This document shows, in pieces, positions 1 to 9,821 of a stretch of 64,000 nucleotides of DNA; positions within the stretch are counted from its first letter, which is position 1, and each line of letters starts with the position of its first letter. The notes under the pieces were generated by a model. That model searched no databases. It saw only the letters and a list, made by a program, of their open reading frames with translations, and was not told where the DNA came from. Source of the DNA: Bacteroidota bacterium (GTDB taxonomy: Bacteria > Bacteroidota > Ignavibacteria > UBA10030 > UBA8401); the NCBI GenBank assembly GCA_035500675.1, contig DATJXA010000183.1, positions 5,949 to 69,948 of the forward strand, in the 5' to 3' direction. Position numbers and translations under genes: made by a program.

Positions 1-281
1 AAGCAAACGAGGAAACTTCGCGCATCTTGAAAGAGGGGCGCGAACTCGCGGAACAAATGAAGAATGACATCGTCGCCAAGGCCCGTGAAGGCGCAAGAGC
101 CATGATGGACCAGGCGAAAGAGGACATCCAGCGCGAAAAGGAGACCGCGCTTCTGCAGTTGAGAAGCGAAGTCGCCGATCTCGCCGTCACCGCCGCCGAA
201 AAAATCATCGATGAATCGCTCGACGAGGCAAAACGCAAAAAGCTCGTCGATAAAACGCTCCAATCATTGCCGAACAACTGA
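1..281 (+). CDS. atpF: F-type ATP synthase F0 subunit b, C-terminal part (5' end outside window)
   Basis: Frame is open from the window edge. Charged helical tail (..DIQREKETALLQLRSEVADLAVTAAEKII..) is typical of subunit b. TGA 279-281 overlaps ATG 281 of the delta gene, and atpH-atpA-atpG follow. Confidence 0.8.
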   Translation, partial: ANEETSRILKEGRELAEQMKNDIVAKAREGARAMMDQAKEDIQREKETALLQLRSEVADLAVTAAEKIIDESLDEAKRKKLVDKTLQSLPNN

Positions 282-835
282 TGAGCAACCTACGAGCCGC
301 ACATCGGTACGCATCGGCGCTTATGGCGTTGACTTTGGAGGCGAAAAAGCCCGAAGCCATCGCCGGAGATCTGTTGACGGTCCAGACTGCGATCAAAGCA
401 TCAAAGGAGTTGCGGTCGCTCCTCGCCAGCCCGATCATCTCGAAGGAGAAGAAGAAAGTGATTTTTTCTGCGCTCTTTGAGAAGAAAATCGGCGGGGACG
501 TCTTAAAGTTTATCGATGCGATCGTCGATAAGAGGCGCGAAAATATTTTGCCGGAGATACTGGCACAGTATTTCCTGCTTCGCGATGAAGAACTCGGCGT
601 CGTCGCTGTCGATGTCCGGACGGCGGTGGAGTTTTCGTCGGCCCAGGAAACGCGGCTGACCAAACAACTAGAATCGTATACCCAAAAGAAAGTGCGCGTC
701 TCGTTCAGCCTCGATAAGATGTTGAAGGGCGGATTTGTCGCGAAAGTCGGAGATACAACCCTCGACGGCAGCGTTCGTCGTCAGTTGGAGAAGCTTCGCT
801 CCCGGCTGAAAAATGGCGCAGCGACCAAGAACTAA
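281..835 (+). CDS. atpH: F-type ATP synthase subunit delta (OSCP)
   Basis: 184 aa. Sits between subunit b and alpha. OSCP-like sequence (AHRYASALMAL.., ..GGFVAKVGDTTLDGSVRRQLEKL). Confidence 0.88.
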   Translation: MSNLRAAHRYASALMALTLEAKKPEAIAGDLLTVQTAIKASKELRSLLASPIISKEKKKVIFSALFEKKIGGDVLKFIDAIVDKRRENILPEILAQYFLLRDEELGVVAVDVRTAVEFSSAQETRLTKQLESYTQKKVRVSFSLDKMLKGGFVAKVGDTTLDGSVRRQLEKLRSRLKNGAATKN

Positions 836-862
836 AATTGAAAATCACCAAAGGATCAGACA

Positions 863-2407
863 ATGGCGGAAGTACGACCCGATGAAATAACTGCCGTGCT
901 GCGCAAGCAGCTCTCCGGCTTTGAAAAGGAAATCGATATTTACGATGTCGGTACCGTTCTCCAGGTCGGCGACGGCATCGCCCGGCTCTACGGCCTTTCG
1001 AAGGTCATGGCGAGCGAGCTCATCGAGTTTCCACACGACGTGTTCGGCATGGTGCTGAACCTTGAGGAAGACAATGTGGGCTGCGTTCTTTTCGGCGACG
1101 ATACGAAAATAAAAGAGGGAGACACAGTTAAGAGAACGAAGCGCGTCGCTTCGATGCCGGTCGGCGAAGCGATGCTCGGACGCGTCATCAATCCGCTCGG
1201 CCAGCCGATCGACGGGAGAGGGAATATCAAGACCGACAAGTTCTCTCCTCTCGAGCGCAAAGCTCTCGGCGTCATTCAACGACAGCCGGTGAAGCAGCCG
1301 CTGCAGACGGGGTTGAAAGCCGTCGACGGAATGATCCCGATCGGCCGCGGACAACGCGAGCTGATCATCGGAGACCGCCAAACGGGAAAAACAGCCGTCG
1401 CCCTCGACACGATCATCAATCAAAAATACACGCACTCGGAAAAAGCGAAAAAGGAAGGCGTAAAGCCGGTCTATTGCATCTATGTTGCGATCGGTCAGAA
1501 GGGCTCGACTGTAGCGCAAGTGGTGACGAAGCTTGAAGAGATGGGAGCGATGGACTACACGACGATCATCAGCGCCACGGCGAGCGACCCCGCCCCGCTT
1601 CAGTTCATCGCCCCGTATGCGGGCGCGACGCTCGGCGAATTTTTCCGCGACAGCGGACGCGACGTGCTGGTCGTCTACGACGATCTTTCAAAACACGCCG
1701 CAGCATACCGTCAAGTCTCGCTGCTGCTGCGGCGACCGCCCGGACGGGAAGCGTATCCCGGCGACGTTTTTTATCTCCACTCCCGATTGCTCGAACGCGC
1801 ATCAAAGCTGAGCGACGAGCTCGGCGGAGGCAGTCTCACCGCACTTCCTATCATCGAAACGCAGGCGGGCGACGTCGCGGCTTACATTCCGACGAACGTC
1901 ATCTCGATCACGGACGGCCAGATCTTCCTCGAGCCGAACTTGTTCAACTCCGGAGTGAGGCCGGCCATCAACGTCGGCATCTCGGTGTCCCGCGTTGGCG
2001 GCAACGCGCAGATCAAAGGGATGAAAAAAGTCGCCGGGCGTCTCCGGCTCGACCTTGCGCAATACAGGGAACTCGAAGCGTTCGCGAAATTCGGCTCCGA
2101 CCTCGACAAAGCGACACAGCAACAGCTCCGCCGCGGCTCGCACCTCGTCGAAGTGCTGAAGCAGCGGCAGTACGTCCCGATGTCGATCGAGAGTCAGGTC
2201 GTAATGATCTTTCTCGGGACGTCGGGATTTTTGGACGAGCTTCCGCTCGACCAGGTGCAGCAGTTCGAAAAAGAATTTCTCGCGATGCTGGAACTGCGTC
2301 ACAAAGACCTCCTCGATACGATCGCAGAGAAGAAAGAACTGACCGACGAGATCTCGAAGAATATTCAATCGATGGCAAAAGAGTTTATCGAAACGTTTAA
2401 GGGCTGA
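863..2407 (+). CDS. atpA: F-type ATP synthase subunit alpha
   Basis: 514 aa. Walker A GDRQTGKT. Highly conserved alpha blocks ([42 protein letters not shown]). Confidence 0.98.
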   Translation: MAEVRPDEITAVLRKQLSGFEKEIDIYDVGTVLQVGDGIARLYGLSKVMASELIEFPHDVFGMVLNLEEDNVGCVLFGDDTKIKEGDTVKRTKRVASMPVGEAMLGRVINPLGQPIDGRGNIKTDKFSPLERKALGVIQRQPVKQPLQTGLKAVDGMIPIGRGQRELIIGDRQTGKTAVALDTIINQKYTHSEKAKKEGVKPVYCIYVAIGQKGSTVAQVVTKLEEMGAMDYTTIISATASDPAPLQFIAPYAGATLGEFFRDSGRDVLVVYDDLSKHAAAYRQVSLLLRRPPGREAYPGDVFYLHSRLLERASKLSDELGGGSLTALPIIETQAGDVAAYIPTNVISITDGQIFLEPNLFNSGVRPAINVGISVSRVGGNAQIKGMKKVAGRLRLDLAQYRELEAFAKFGSDLDKATQQQLRRGSHLVEVLKQRQYVPMSIESQVVMIFLGTSGFLDELPLDQVQQFEKEFLAMLELRHKDLLDTIAEKKELTDEISKNIQSMAKEFIETFKG

Positions 2408-2415
2408 CCATAGTT

Positions 2416-3309
2416 ATGGCAACGTTAAGAGACATACGCCGGAGCATTGCCGGGATCAAAAGTACGCAAAAGATCACGAAGGCGATGAAGATGGTAGCCG
2501 CCGCGAAGCTTCGGCGCGCGCAGGAAGCGATCCTTCAGGCGCGGCCGTATGCGCGGAAGATGGCGGAGATGCTGCGCCATCTTTCCGGAAAAGTTGACGT
2601 AACTAAATTCCCGGAACTTGCACAGCGTCCCGTTGCAAAAGTTGCTCTCGTCGTGGTGACGGCCGACCGCGGATTGTGCGGAGGGTTCAACACGAACATT
2701 GTACGGGCGGCGACGCGCCACATTCAAGATAACTATGCAGCGCTGAATGCCGCAGGGAACCTCAAACTGATTTGCGTTGGCAAAAAAGGGTTCGAATATT
2801 TCAAAAGGCGAAATTATCAAATTGCCGCGAAATATGTCGGCCTTTTCCATGCCTTACAATTTACCGACGCGCGGACGATCGTGAAACAGATCGTCGATGG
2901 ATATGCCGGCGGCGAATTCGACAAAGTCGAGATCGTTTACAATGAATTTAAGAACGCCGCGCAGCAGCGCATCGTCATCGAGCAATTTTTGCCGATTCCA
3001 CCAGACGCCGTCACAGCGGAGGGGCCTCATTCAGCGCAGGCTTCGGTCGATTATATTTACGAGCCGTCGAGCGATGAGATCGTCTCGTCGCTTGTCCCGA
3101 AGCATCTGAATTTTCAGATGTGGCGTGTGTTGCTCGAATCCAACGCCGCGGAGCAAGGTGCACGGATGACCGCAATGGAAAACGCGTCGTCGAACGCAAA
3201 AGAATTGATCCAGTCTCTACAATTATCCTACAACAAAGCACGGCAGGCATCGATCACAAAAGAGCTGCTGGAAATTGTGAGCGGGGCGGAAGCGCTGAAA
3301 AGCAATTAA
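2416..3309 (+). CDS. atpG: F-type ATP synthase subunit gamma
   Basis: 297 aa. N-terminus MATLRDIRRSIAGIKSTQKITKAMKMVAAAKLRRAQ and C-terminus ..ITKELLEIVSGAEAL are gamma hallmarks. Confidence 0.96.
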   Translation: MATLRDIRRSIAGIKSTQKITKAMKMVAAAKLRRAQEAILQARPYARKMAEMLRHLSGKVDVTKFPELAQRPVAKVALVVVTADRGLCGGFNTNIVRAATRHIQDNYAALNAAGNLKLICVGKKGFEYFKRRNYQIAAKYVGLFHALQFTDARTIVKQIVDGYAGGEFDKVEIVYNEFKNAAQQRIVIEQFLPIPPDAVTAEGPHSAQASVDYIYEPSSDEIVSSLVPKHLNFQMWRVLLESNAAEQGARMTAMENASSNAKELIQSLQLSYNKARQASITKELLEIVSGAEALKSN

Positions 3310-3310
3310 G

Positions 3311-3364
3311 AATGAATAATTAATAACGATCTGCGATTTCAACGCTTTAATTATTCATTTTTCA
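3311..3364 (+). terminator. AT-rich hairpin after atpG (possible terminator)
   Basis: Perfect 13-bp inverted repeat aatgaataattaa (3311-3323) / ttaattattcatt (3347-3359) with a 23-nt loop, followed by a short T run. The stem is all A/T, so it is weak. Confidence 0.35.
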
Positions 3365-3381
3365 TTATTAATTGATTTCAT

Positions 3382-4704
3382 GTGTTCGATACTCTTACTC
3401 AAAAATTAGATTTAGTTCTCAAGCGGCTGCGCGGCCAGGGACGGATTTCCGAAGCGAACATTGCCGAGACGCTCCGCGAAGTGCGCAAGGTGCTGCTCGA
3501 CGCCGACGTCAATTATAAAGTCGTCAAGCAGTTTATCGAGAACGTACAGCAGAAATCGCTCGGCAAAGAGGTGTTGACGAGCGTAGCGCCGGGACAGCTC
3601 ATCGTCAAGATTATTCATGACGAGCTTGTCGCGCTGCTCGGCACGGCGAAAGCCGATTTGACGATATCGCAAACGCCTCCGTCGGTGATTCTCATAGCGG
3701 GATTGCAGGGTTCGGGCAAAACGACGTTTGCCGGAAAGCTTGCATTGTTGCTGAAGTCAAAAGGACGCAGTCCGCTCCTTGTCGCCGCCGACGTCTACAG
3801 GCCTGCGGCGATCGACCAGTTGACGACGCTCGGCGAGCAGATCGGCGTTCCTGTCTTCTCGAGCCGGACGGAGAGCGCCATCGATATCGCGAAGAACAGC
3901 GTCGACCATGCGCGGAAAAATGCGCGCGACACGGTGATCATCGATACCGCGGGCCGCATGCATGTCGATGAAGAGATGATGCGCGAAGTGGAGAGTATTA
4001 AGTCGATCGTCGAGCCTCACGAGATTCTTTTCGTCGTGGATGCGATGACGGGACAGGATGCCGTCAATACCGCGAAAGCGTTTCACGACCGGCTCAGTTT
4101 CGACGGGGTCGTCCTGACGAAGCTCGACGGCGACGCACGCGGAGGCGCGGCGCTTTCGATACGCTCCATCGTCGAAAAGCCGATCAAGTTTATCGGTACC
4201 GGAGAGAAGCTCGATGCCCTGGAGCCATTCCATCCGGATCGCATGGCATCGCGCATTCTGGGGATGGGCGACATCGTCACGCTCGTCGAAAAAGCACAGC
4301 AATCTTTCGACCAGGAAAAGGCGCAGCAACTCGAGCAGAAAATCAGGAAGTCCCAGTTCACGCTCGAGGATTTTTACAGCCAGCTGCAGGAGATCAAAAA
4401 AATGGGTCCGCTGAGCCAGGTGCTTTCGATGATCCCCGGCGCGAATAAACTCGGTGATGTCAACAACGTCAACGACGACGAGATGAAATACGTCGAAGCG
4501 ATCATCCTCTCGATGACGGTCGAAGAGCGCCAACGGCCCGCGATCATCAACGGCTCGCGGCGCAAACGCATCGCGCTGGGGAGCGGCACATCGGTGCAGG
4601 AGGTCAACAAGCTTCTGAAGCAATTCTTCGAGATGCAAAAAATGATGAAGAATTTCTCTAAAGGAAAGAATATGGGGCGCATGATGGCCCAGCGATTTCA
4701 CTAA
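3382..4704 (+). CDS. ffh: Signal recognition particle protein Ffh
   Basis: 440 aa, GTG start. SRP54 N/G domain (GLQGSGKTT, DTAGR, TKLDGDARGG) and a Met-rich M domain (..EMQKMMKNFSKGKNMGRMM..). Confidence 0.97.
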   Translation: MFDTLTQKLDLVLKRLRGQGRISEANIAETLREVRKVLLDADVNYKVVKQFIENVQQKSLGKEVLTSVAPGQLIVKIIHDELVALLGTAKADLTISQTPPSVILIAGLQGSGKTTFAGKLALLLKSKGRSPLLVAADVYRPAAIDQLTTLGEQIGVPVFSSRTESAIDIAKNSVDHARKNARDTVIIDTAGRMHVDEEMMREVESIKSIVEPHEILFVVDAMTGQDAVNTAKAFHDRLSFDGVVLTKLDGDARGGAALSIRSIVEKPIKFIGTGEKLDALEPFHPDRMASRILGMGDIVTLVEKAQQSFDQEKAQQLEQKIRKSQFTLEDFYSQLQEIKKMGPLSQVLSMIPGANKLGDVNNVNDDEMKYVEAIILSMTVEERQRPAIINGSRRKRIALGSGTSVQEVNKLLKQFFEMQKMMKNFSKGKNMGRMMAQRFH

Positions 4705-4755
4705 GTTGCATATTAATCAGCATCTCATCATATTTAAAGAAAAAGGAGAAACTTT

Positions 4756-5211
4756 TTGGCAGTCAAATTACGATTACAACGCATAGGCAAGAAGAAACAG
4801 CCTTTGTACAAAATTGTTGCGATTGATTCCCGCAGGAAGCGCAACGGTCGATTCATCGACGCCGTGGGCTCATACAATCCCCGCACCAACCCCATGACCA
4901 TCACGCTGAGGGAAGACCGTGTCTTCCACTGGCTGGAACGCGGCGCGCAGCCCACCGACACCGTCAAGAATTTGCTGAGCCGGAAAGGCGTGTGGCTCAA
5001 ATGGGGTCTCAAAAAGAAGAAGGCCGACGACGCAACGATCGCCGCTGAATTTGAAAAGTGGCAGATGACGCAGACGCTCAAATTGCAAAAAGAGAACGAA
5101 CGCAAGATGCGGCGAAATGCCGTGAAGAAGAAAAAGAAAGAGGCGGCCTCAGAAGCTCCCGCCCAGCCGGCTGCTGCAGCGCCGGAAGCCCCCGCGCCTG
5201 CTCAGCCTTAA
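4756..5211 (+). CDS. rpsP: 30S ribosomal protein S16 with a long Lys/Ala/Pro-rich C-terminal extension
   Basis: TTG start 8 nt after AAGGAG. MAVKLRLQRIGKKKQPLYKIVAIDSRRKRNGRFIDAVGSYNP is canonical S16. The tail is ..KKKKKEAASEAPAQPAAAAPEAPAPAQP. Confidence 0.95.
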   Translation: MAVKLRLQRIGKKKQPLYKIVAIDSRRKRNGRFIDAVGSYNPRTNPMTITLREDRVFHWLERGAQPTDTVKNLLSRKGVWLKWGLKKKKADDATIAAEFEKWQMTQTLKLQKENERKMRRNAVKKKKKEAASEAPAQPAAAAPEAPAPAQP

Positions 5212-5315
5212 AAGGCAGTCACGCTCCGCGCCGAACGGAAGAAGACTCAAGCGAACCGACAGCACGACCATACGATAAGTTTGCAGTAGTTTTTCGAACA
5301 GCTCGAGGAGGTACC

Positions 5316-5546
5316 ATGCGGGAGTTCATCGAGTATATAGCGAAACAACTCGTCGACAACCCGGATGCAGTTTCCCTAGTCGATGAGGAAAAGGAGGGGA
5401 AGATCATCCTTAAGTTGAAAGTAGGGGAATCCGATGTCGGCAAGATCATCGGACGAAAAGGACGGACCGCTCAAGCGATGCGCATTCTCTTGAGCGCCGT
5501 TGCGGCAAAGAGCGGGAAGCGAGCGATGCTTGAAGTTCTCGACTGA
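5316..5546 (+). CDS. KH-domain RNA-binding protein (YlqC/UPF0109 family)
   Basis: ATG 5316 preceded by GGAGG. 76 aa with KH GxxG loop (VGKIIGRKGRTAQAMR). Conserved position between rpsP and rimM. The 162-aa track ORF from 5058 is an upstream extension overlapping rpsP. Confidence 0.85.
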   Translation: MREFIEYIAKQLVDNPDAVSLVDEEKEGKIILKLKVGESDVGKIIGRKGRTAQAMRILLSAVAAKSGKRAMLEVLD

Positions 5547-5567
5547 TCTCAGCCCGTCAATCATTGG

Positions 5568-6125
5568 ATGCACAACGAGCACAGAGCTTTGAATTCTCGA
5601 GAAGGATCGACTCCCGGTTTTCGCGCGATTGGCGTTATCGCAAAAGTGTTTGGCATAAAAGGAGAGGTGAAAGTCCACTCGTATTCGAGGTCCATCGAGC
5701 AGTTTGAAGAACTCGACTCGGTGTTCGTCGGCAGGGATGATCAGAAGACCGCACGGAGAAAGATCGAGCGGGTGGTCCCGCGGGGCGATGAGATCTATGT
5801 GAAATTTGAAGGAGTGGACGACCGCAACGCGTCGGAATTATTGGTCGGTCAGTTTTTGTTCGTTGAAGAATCCCGCCGGAAGCGCCTCTCTTCGGGAGAA
5901 TATTTTGTGGATGATATCGTCGGGCTGCTGGTCCTCGACGAAACAGAAAAAAAGTTGGGGGTCGTCAAGGAAGTCCTGCACTATCCGGCGCACGACGTCT
6001 ATGTGGTGAAGGTGGGAAGGAACGATGTGATGGTGCCCGCGGTGCGCGAAATTATCCGAGAGGTCGATCTGAAAAAACGCACCGTCACGATCGCTCCTCC
6101 CGAAGGACTTTTTGAAGGATCATGA
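5568..6125 (+). CDS. rimM: 16S rRNA processing protein RimM
   Basis: 185 aa. RimM N-domain (IGVIAKVFGIKGEVKVHSYS) plus a PRC-barrel C-terminus. Overlaps the trmD start. Exact start is uncertain. Confidence 0.9.
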   Translation: MHNEHRALNSREGSTPGFRAIGVIAKVFGIKGEVKVHSYSRSIEQFEELDSVFVGRDDQKTARRKIERVVPRGDEIYVKFEGVDDRNASELLVGQFLFVEESRRKRLSSGEYFVDDIVGLLVLDETEKKLGVVKEVLHYPAHDVYVVKVGRNDVMVPAVREIIREVDLKKRTVTIAPPEGLFEGS

Positions 6126-6808
6126 GCATCCGTGTCGACATTCTTTCAGCTGTCCCTAAGCTCCTCACGAGCCCGCTGAACGAGAGCATCATCAAGATCG
6201 CACAGGAAAAGAAACTCGCCGAGATTGTCGTGCACGACCTGCGTACGTTTACGCACGACAAGCATCACACGCTCGACGAGCCGCCGTACGGCGGCGGCGC
6301 AGGGATGATCATGAAGCCCGAGCCGATCTTCGAATGTATCGAGTCGCTGAAAGCCGAGCGGAGCTACGACGAAATTATCTATGTCACGGCGGACGGACAT
6401 CGGTTCGACCAGAAAATTGCAAACGAACTTTCACTGAAATCGAACCTCATCATCCTGTGCGGCCACTACAAAGGGATCGATGAACGCGTTCGGACGTCCC
6501 TTATCACGCGGGAGATCTCGATCGGCGACTATGTATTGACGGGGGGAGAACTCGCGGCGCTCGTCGTCACGGACGCGGTCGTCCGGCTGATACCGGGTGT
6601 GATCGGGGACGGGGAATCGGCGCTGAACGACTCGTTCCAGGATGGGCTGCTCGATAACCCACACTACACGCGTCCGGCCGAGTTCCGCGGGATGAAAGTT
6701 CCGACAGTCCTCCTGTCGGGGAACCACAAAGAAATTGACGCATGGCGGGAAGATGAGCGGTTGAAACGGACCGCCTCGCGGCGCGAAGATCTGATGACAA
6801 AAAAATAA
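6122..6808 (+). CDS. trmD: tRNA (guanine37-N1)-methyltransferase
   Basis: 228 aa. [39 protein letters not shown] motifs. ATGA overlap with rimM. Confidence 0.96.
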   Translation: MSIRVDILSAVPKLLTSPLNESIIKIAQEKKLAEIVVHDLRTFTHDKHHTLDEPPYGGGAGMIMKPEPIFECIESLKAERSYDEIIYVTADGHRFDQKIANELSLKSNLIILCGHYKGIDERVRTSLITREISIGDYVLTGGELAALVVTDAVVRLIPGVIGDGESALNDSFQDGLLDNPHYTRPAEFRGMKVPTVLLSGNHKEIDAWREDERLKRTASRREDLMTKK

Positions 6809-6833
6809 TCATGTTCACGAACGGAGCAAAGCA

Positions 6834-7175
6834 ATGAGCAAGATCAAATTAGTAGAAGCCACGCAGATAAAAACTGGCATCCCCGAGTTTTCGACGGGGG
6901 ATACGCTGAACGTCCACGTGCGCGTGGTCGAAGGAGACAAAGAGCGCATCCAGCAATTTCAAGGAGTCGTCATCGGCAAACGGGGGAACGGCCTCGGTTC
7001 TACATTCACGATCCGAAAAGTGTCGGACGGCGTCGGCGTGGAAAGGATCTTCCCGACCCATTCGCCGCGCATCGCAAAGATCGAGAAAGTGAAGTCGAGC
7101 AAGGTTCGCCGGGCAAAGCTGTACTACCTGCGCGACCTCGCCGCAAAACAGATACGTCAGAAGACCAGCGTCTAG
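6834..7175 (+). CDS. rplS: 50S ribosomal protein L19
   Basis: 113 aa. [38 protein letters not shown] is canonical L19. Confidence 0.97.
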   Translation: MSKIKLVEATQIKTGIPEFSTGDTLNVHVRVVEGDKERIQQFQGVVIGKRGNGLGSTFTIRKVSDGVGVERIFPTHSPRIAKIEKVKSSKVRRAKLYYLRDLAAKQIRQKTSV

Positions 7176-7182
7176 GACGTCG

Positions 7183-7983
7183 GTGCCTCAAGAGACGGTC
7201 CACATCAACGCGCTCCCCGACCTCTATTGCCTGCCGATTGTCTTCGGCATACAGGAAAAGGAAAGTCCCGCCTCGGCGGGACTTTTGTTTGACAGCGCCG
7301 GAGTGAATACCGAACGCATCCTCAATAACGAGTGCGATGCCGGGCTCATCGGACCGGTGGAATACGCTCGCAACAGTTCCGACTTCTCCCTCTATCCATT
7401 CGTCGGCGTTCGATCGATGGGGGAAAGCAACACCATCGTCCTTTGCATCAACCGGGACATCAGGTCGATTTCTTCCGTTGCCGTGGGCGTTGTCTCTTCA
7501 TCCGAGATCGTCCTTGCAAAAATTATTCTCTCCGAGAAGTATGAACAGGAAATCGCCGTCGTTCCCGTTCTTGGTTCCGTCGAACAGATGCTCGCAAAGG
7601 CGGACGCAGCGCTCCTCAGCGGCAACAATGCGTTACGCGCGTCATGGACGGGACCGAAGCTCGACCTCGTTGACGAATGGAACGACCTAACGGATCTCCC
7701 ATTTGTTCATGCCGTCTGCGCCGCCCGTAAAGAAAGACACACAGCGGAAATTGCTTCCATGCTTCGGTCATCGCAGGAACGAGGGGCTGCGTCCCTTTCA
7801 GAAATTGCCGCGCGTCAATCGAAGGAGTTATCACTCCCTTCTGAAAAGATCGAAGAACAGCTTGAGCGCTACGCATATGGGTTAGATGACGAAGCGCGCG
7901 AGGCCCTCGGGGAATTTTATCGATATGCTTTCTATCTCGGCATGCTGCCCGACATACCGGAGATCGACGTGTATTCTTCTTGA
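7183..7983 (+). CDS. mqnA: Chorismate dehydratase-like protein (MqnA family, futalosine menaquinone pathway)
   Basis: 266 aa, GTG start. MqnA-like blocks (ECDAGLIGPVEYAR, DAALLSGNNAL, DLVDEWNDLTDLPFVHAVCAARKE). Family assignment rests on motif recall only. Confidence 0.65.
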   Translation: MPQETVHINALPDLYCLPIVFGIQEKESPASAGLLFDSAGVNTERILNNECDAGLIGPVEYARNSSDFSLYPFVGVRSMGESNTIVLCINRDIRSISSVAVGVVSSSEIVLAKIILSEKYEQEIAVVPVLGSVEQMLAKADAALLSGNNALRASWTGPKLDLVDEWNDLTDLPFVHAVCAARKERHTAEIASMLRSSQERGAASLSEIAARQSKELSLPSEKIEEQLERYAYGLDDEAREALGEFYRYAFYLGMLPDIPEIDVYSS

Positions 7984-8073
7984 ATGGAAATTTCGGGTCC
8001 TGGAACGTCGCAGCAACTTGCCTTCTTTCTCTCTTTGGTTGATACTCTCCAAAAATCGGCGTAACTTCTGTCC

Positions 8074-9804
8074 ATGCTGCGCTCTCTCTACATCAAACAC
8101 TATGCTCTCATCGAAGAAGTGAAAGTCGATTTCGAGCATGGGTTAACCATCCTCACGGGAGAGACCGGCGCGGGGAAATCTATCCTCATCGATGCCTTAA
8201 GTTTGCTTCTCGGCGAACGCGCGAGCACGGAGGTCGTGCGCGCTGGGACTGAGAAGGCTATCGTCGAAGGGACGTTCGAGATAGCGCTCACGCAAAGAGT
8301 GGGATCGCTCCTTGATGCGAATCAAATTGACCGGACCGACGAAGTCATTGTGCGGCGGGAAATTTCGACGAAGGGGCAGAACCGATGTTTCATCAACGAT
8401 TCGCCCGCATCTCTTGCACTTCTGAAAGAGATAGGCGATGCCCTCGTCGATCTTCATGGTCAACATGATCATCAGGCCCTGCTCCGTCCCGAGACGCATA
8501 TCGATTTTTTGGACGACTTCGGCGGGTACGATAAGGACTTGGCGGCATACCGCACATCGTTTCACGCTCTTGCCGCTCTCCTTGCGGAAAAAAAGGAGTT
8601 GATGGAGCAAGTACTGCGGTTCAAAGAAAAAAAAGATCTCAATGAGTTTCAGGCGCATGAAATTGACGCCGTCAATCCGCAGCACGGAGAAGAGGAATCG
8701 CTTGAAGCTGAACTGAAAATCCTCGAAAATGGCGAGAAGTTACACGAGATGACCAACCGGCTGAGCCAGCTTCTCTATGAAGGCGCAGACGGGGAGACGT
8801 CCATCCATGACAACCTCGTCCTTGCGCGAAAGCAAATAGAAGCGCTCAACGGAATTGACCCCTCGTTTGCCGACGCGGCAGGCGAGGTCAAATCCGCCGA
8901 AATCATCGTTGAAGAGCTTTCCAAATTCATCCAAAGCTATAATTCGAAAATCGAGATCAATCCGGAAAAACTGGAGCATGTGCGCGAGCGGCTGGGGCAA
9001 CTCTCGCTCCTAAAAAAGAAATACGGCGGCACGGTCGACACGATCCTTGACCACCGGAAGAAGCTCGCATCGGAGCTTGATATCGTCGGAAATTTTGATA
9101 AGGAACTTGCGGGGCTTGAGTCCGCCATCGCAAAAGAACGATCGACCTGTGCCGAAGCGGCGAAAACTGTGAGTGGCCGCCGACGGGAGGCGGCAAAAAA
9201 AATAGAAAAAGCCGTGGTGAATGCGCTTACCGAGCTCGGGATCGCGAACGCTCAATTCAAAGTAAAAATTGAAAATTTCCCTTCCACACCGAGCGAAAGC
9301 GATGGCAAGATTTTTGTGAAGATTGGACAACAAAATGTCTCGGCGACCTCGAAGGGGATCGACGACGTCGAATTCTATCTGTCGACAAACGTCGGCGAAG
9401 CCCTCAAGCCGCTTGCGAAGGTCGCTTCCGGCGGCGAGGTGTCGAGGGTGATGCTTGCTCTTAAATCGGCTCTGGCACAATCGGACAAGACGCCGCTGCT
9501 GATCTTCGATGAGATCGATGTCGGCGTCAGCGGACGGATTGGTCAGGCAGTCGGCCTGAGCTTGAAAAAACTCTCAACGCTACACCAGATCATCACCATC
9601 ACGCACTTGCCTCAGATCGCAGGACTTGCGGATACGCACTTTGCAGTCGAAAAAATTGACGATGGGAAACGAACGACGACACGGCTTCGGAAGCTCGACG
9701 TCGAAGAAAGCGTTCGCGAAGTGGCAAAGCTCATGAGTGGCGAGAAAGTGACCGAAACCGGATTACAGGGAGCGAGAGAGTTAATGGGTATCAGAAAAAA
9801 GTAA
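8074..9804 (+). CDS. recN: DNA repair protein RecN
   Basis: 576 aa. N-terminus MLRSLYIKHYALIEEVKVDFEHGLTILTGETGAGKSILIDAL (Walker A), long coiled coil, C-terminal SGGEVSRVMLALK signature and LLIFDEIDVGVSG Walker B. Confidence 0.94.
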   Translation: MLRSLYIKHYALIEEVKVDFEHGLTILTGETGAGKSILIDALSLLLGERASTEVVRAGTEKAIVEGTFEIALTQRVGSLLDANQIDRTDEVIVRREISTKGQNRCFINDSPASLALLKEIGDALVDLHGQHDHQALLRPETHIDFLDDFGGYDKDLAAYRTSFHALAALLAEKKELMEQVLRFKEKKDLNEFQAHEIDAVNPQHGEEESLEAELKILENGEKLHEMTNRLSQLLYEGADGETSIHDNLVLARKQIEALNGIDPSFADAAGEVKSAEIIVEELSKFIQSYNSKIEINPEKLEHVRERLGQLSLLKKKYGGTVDTILDHRKKLASELDIVGNFDKELAGLESAIAKERSTCAEAAKTVSGRRREAAKKIEKAVVNALTELGIANAQFKVKIENFPSTPSESDGKIFVKIGQQNVSATSKGIDDVEFYLSTNVGEALKPLAKVASGGEVSRVMLALKSALAQSDKTPLLIFDEIDVGVSGRIGQAVGLSLKKLSTLHQIITITHLPQIAGLADTHFAVEKIDDGKRTTTRLRKLDVEESVREVAKLMSGEKVTETGLQGARELMGIRKK

Positions 9805-9821
9805 ACATCGAAAAATGAGCA

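Noticed and set aside
5058-5315. N-terminal 86-aa extension of the KH-protein ORF, overlapping the rpsP tail
   Set aside because: The extension is Arg/Ala/Glu-rich and out of frame with the conserved S16 gene. A GGAGG RBS precedes the internal ATG at 5316, which yields the standard ~76-aa KH protein.
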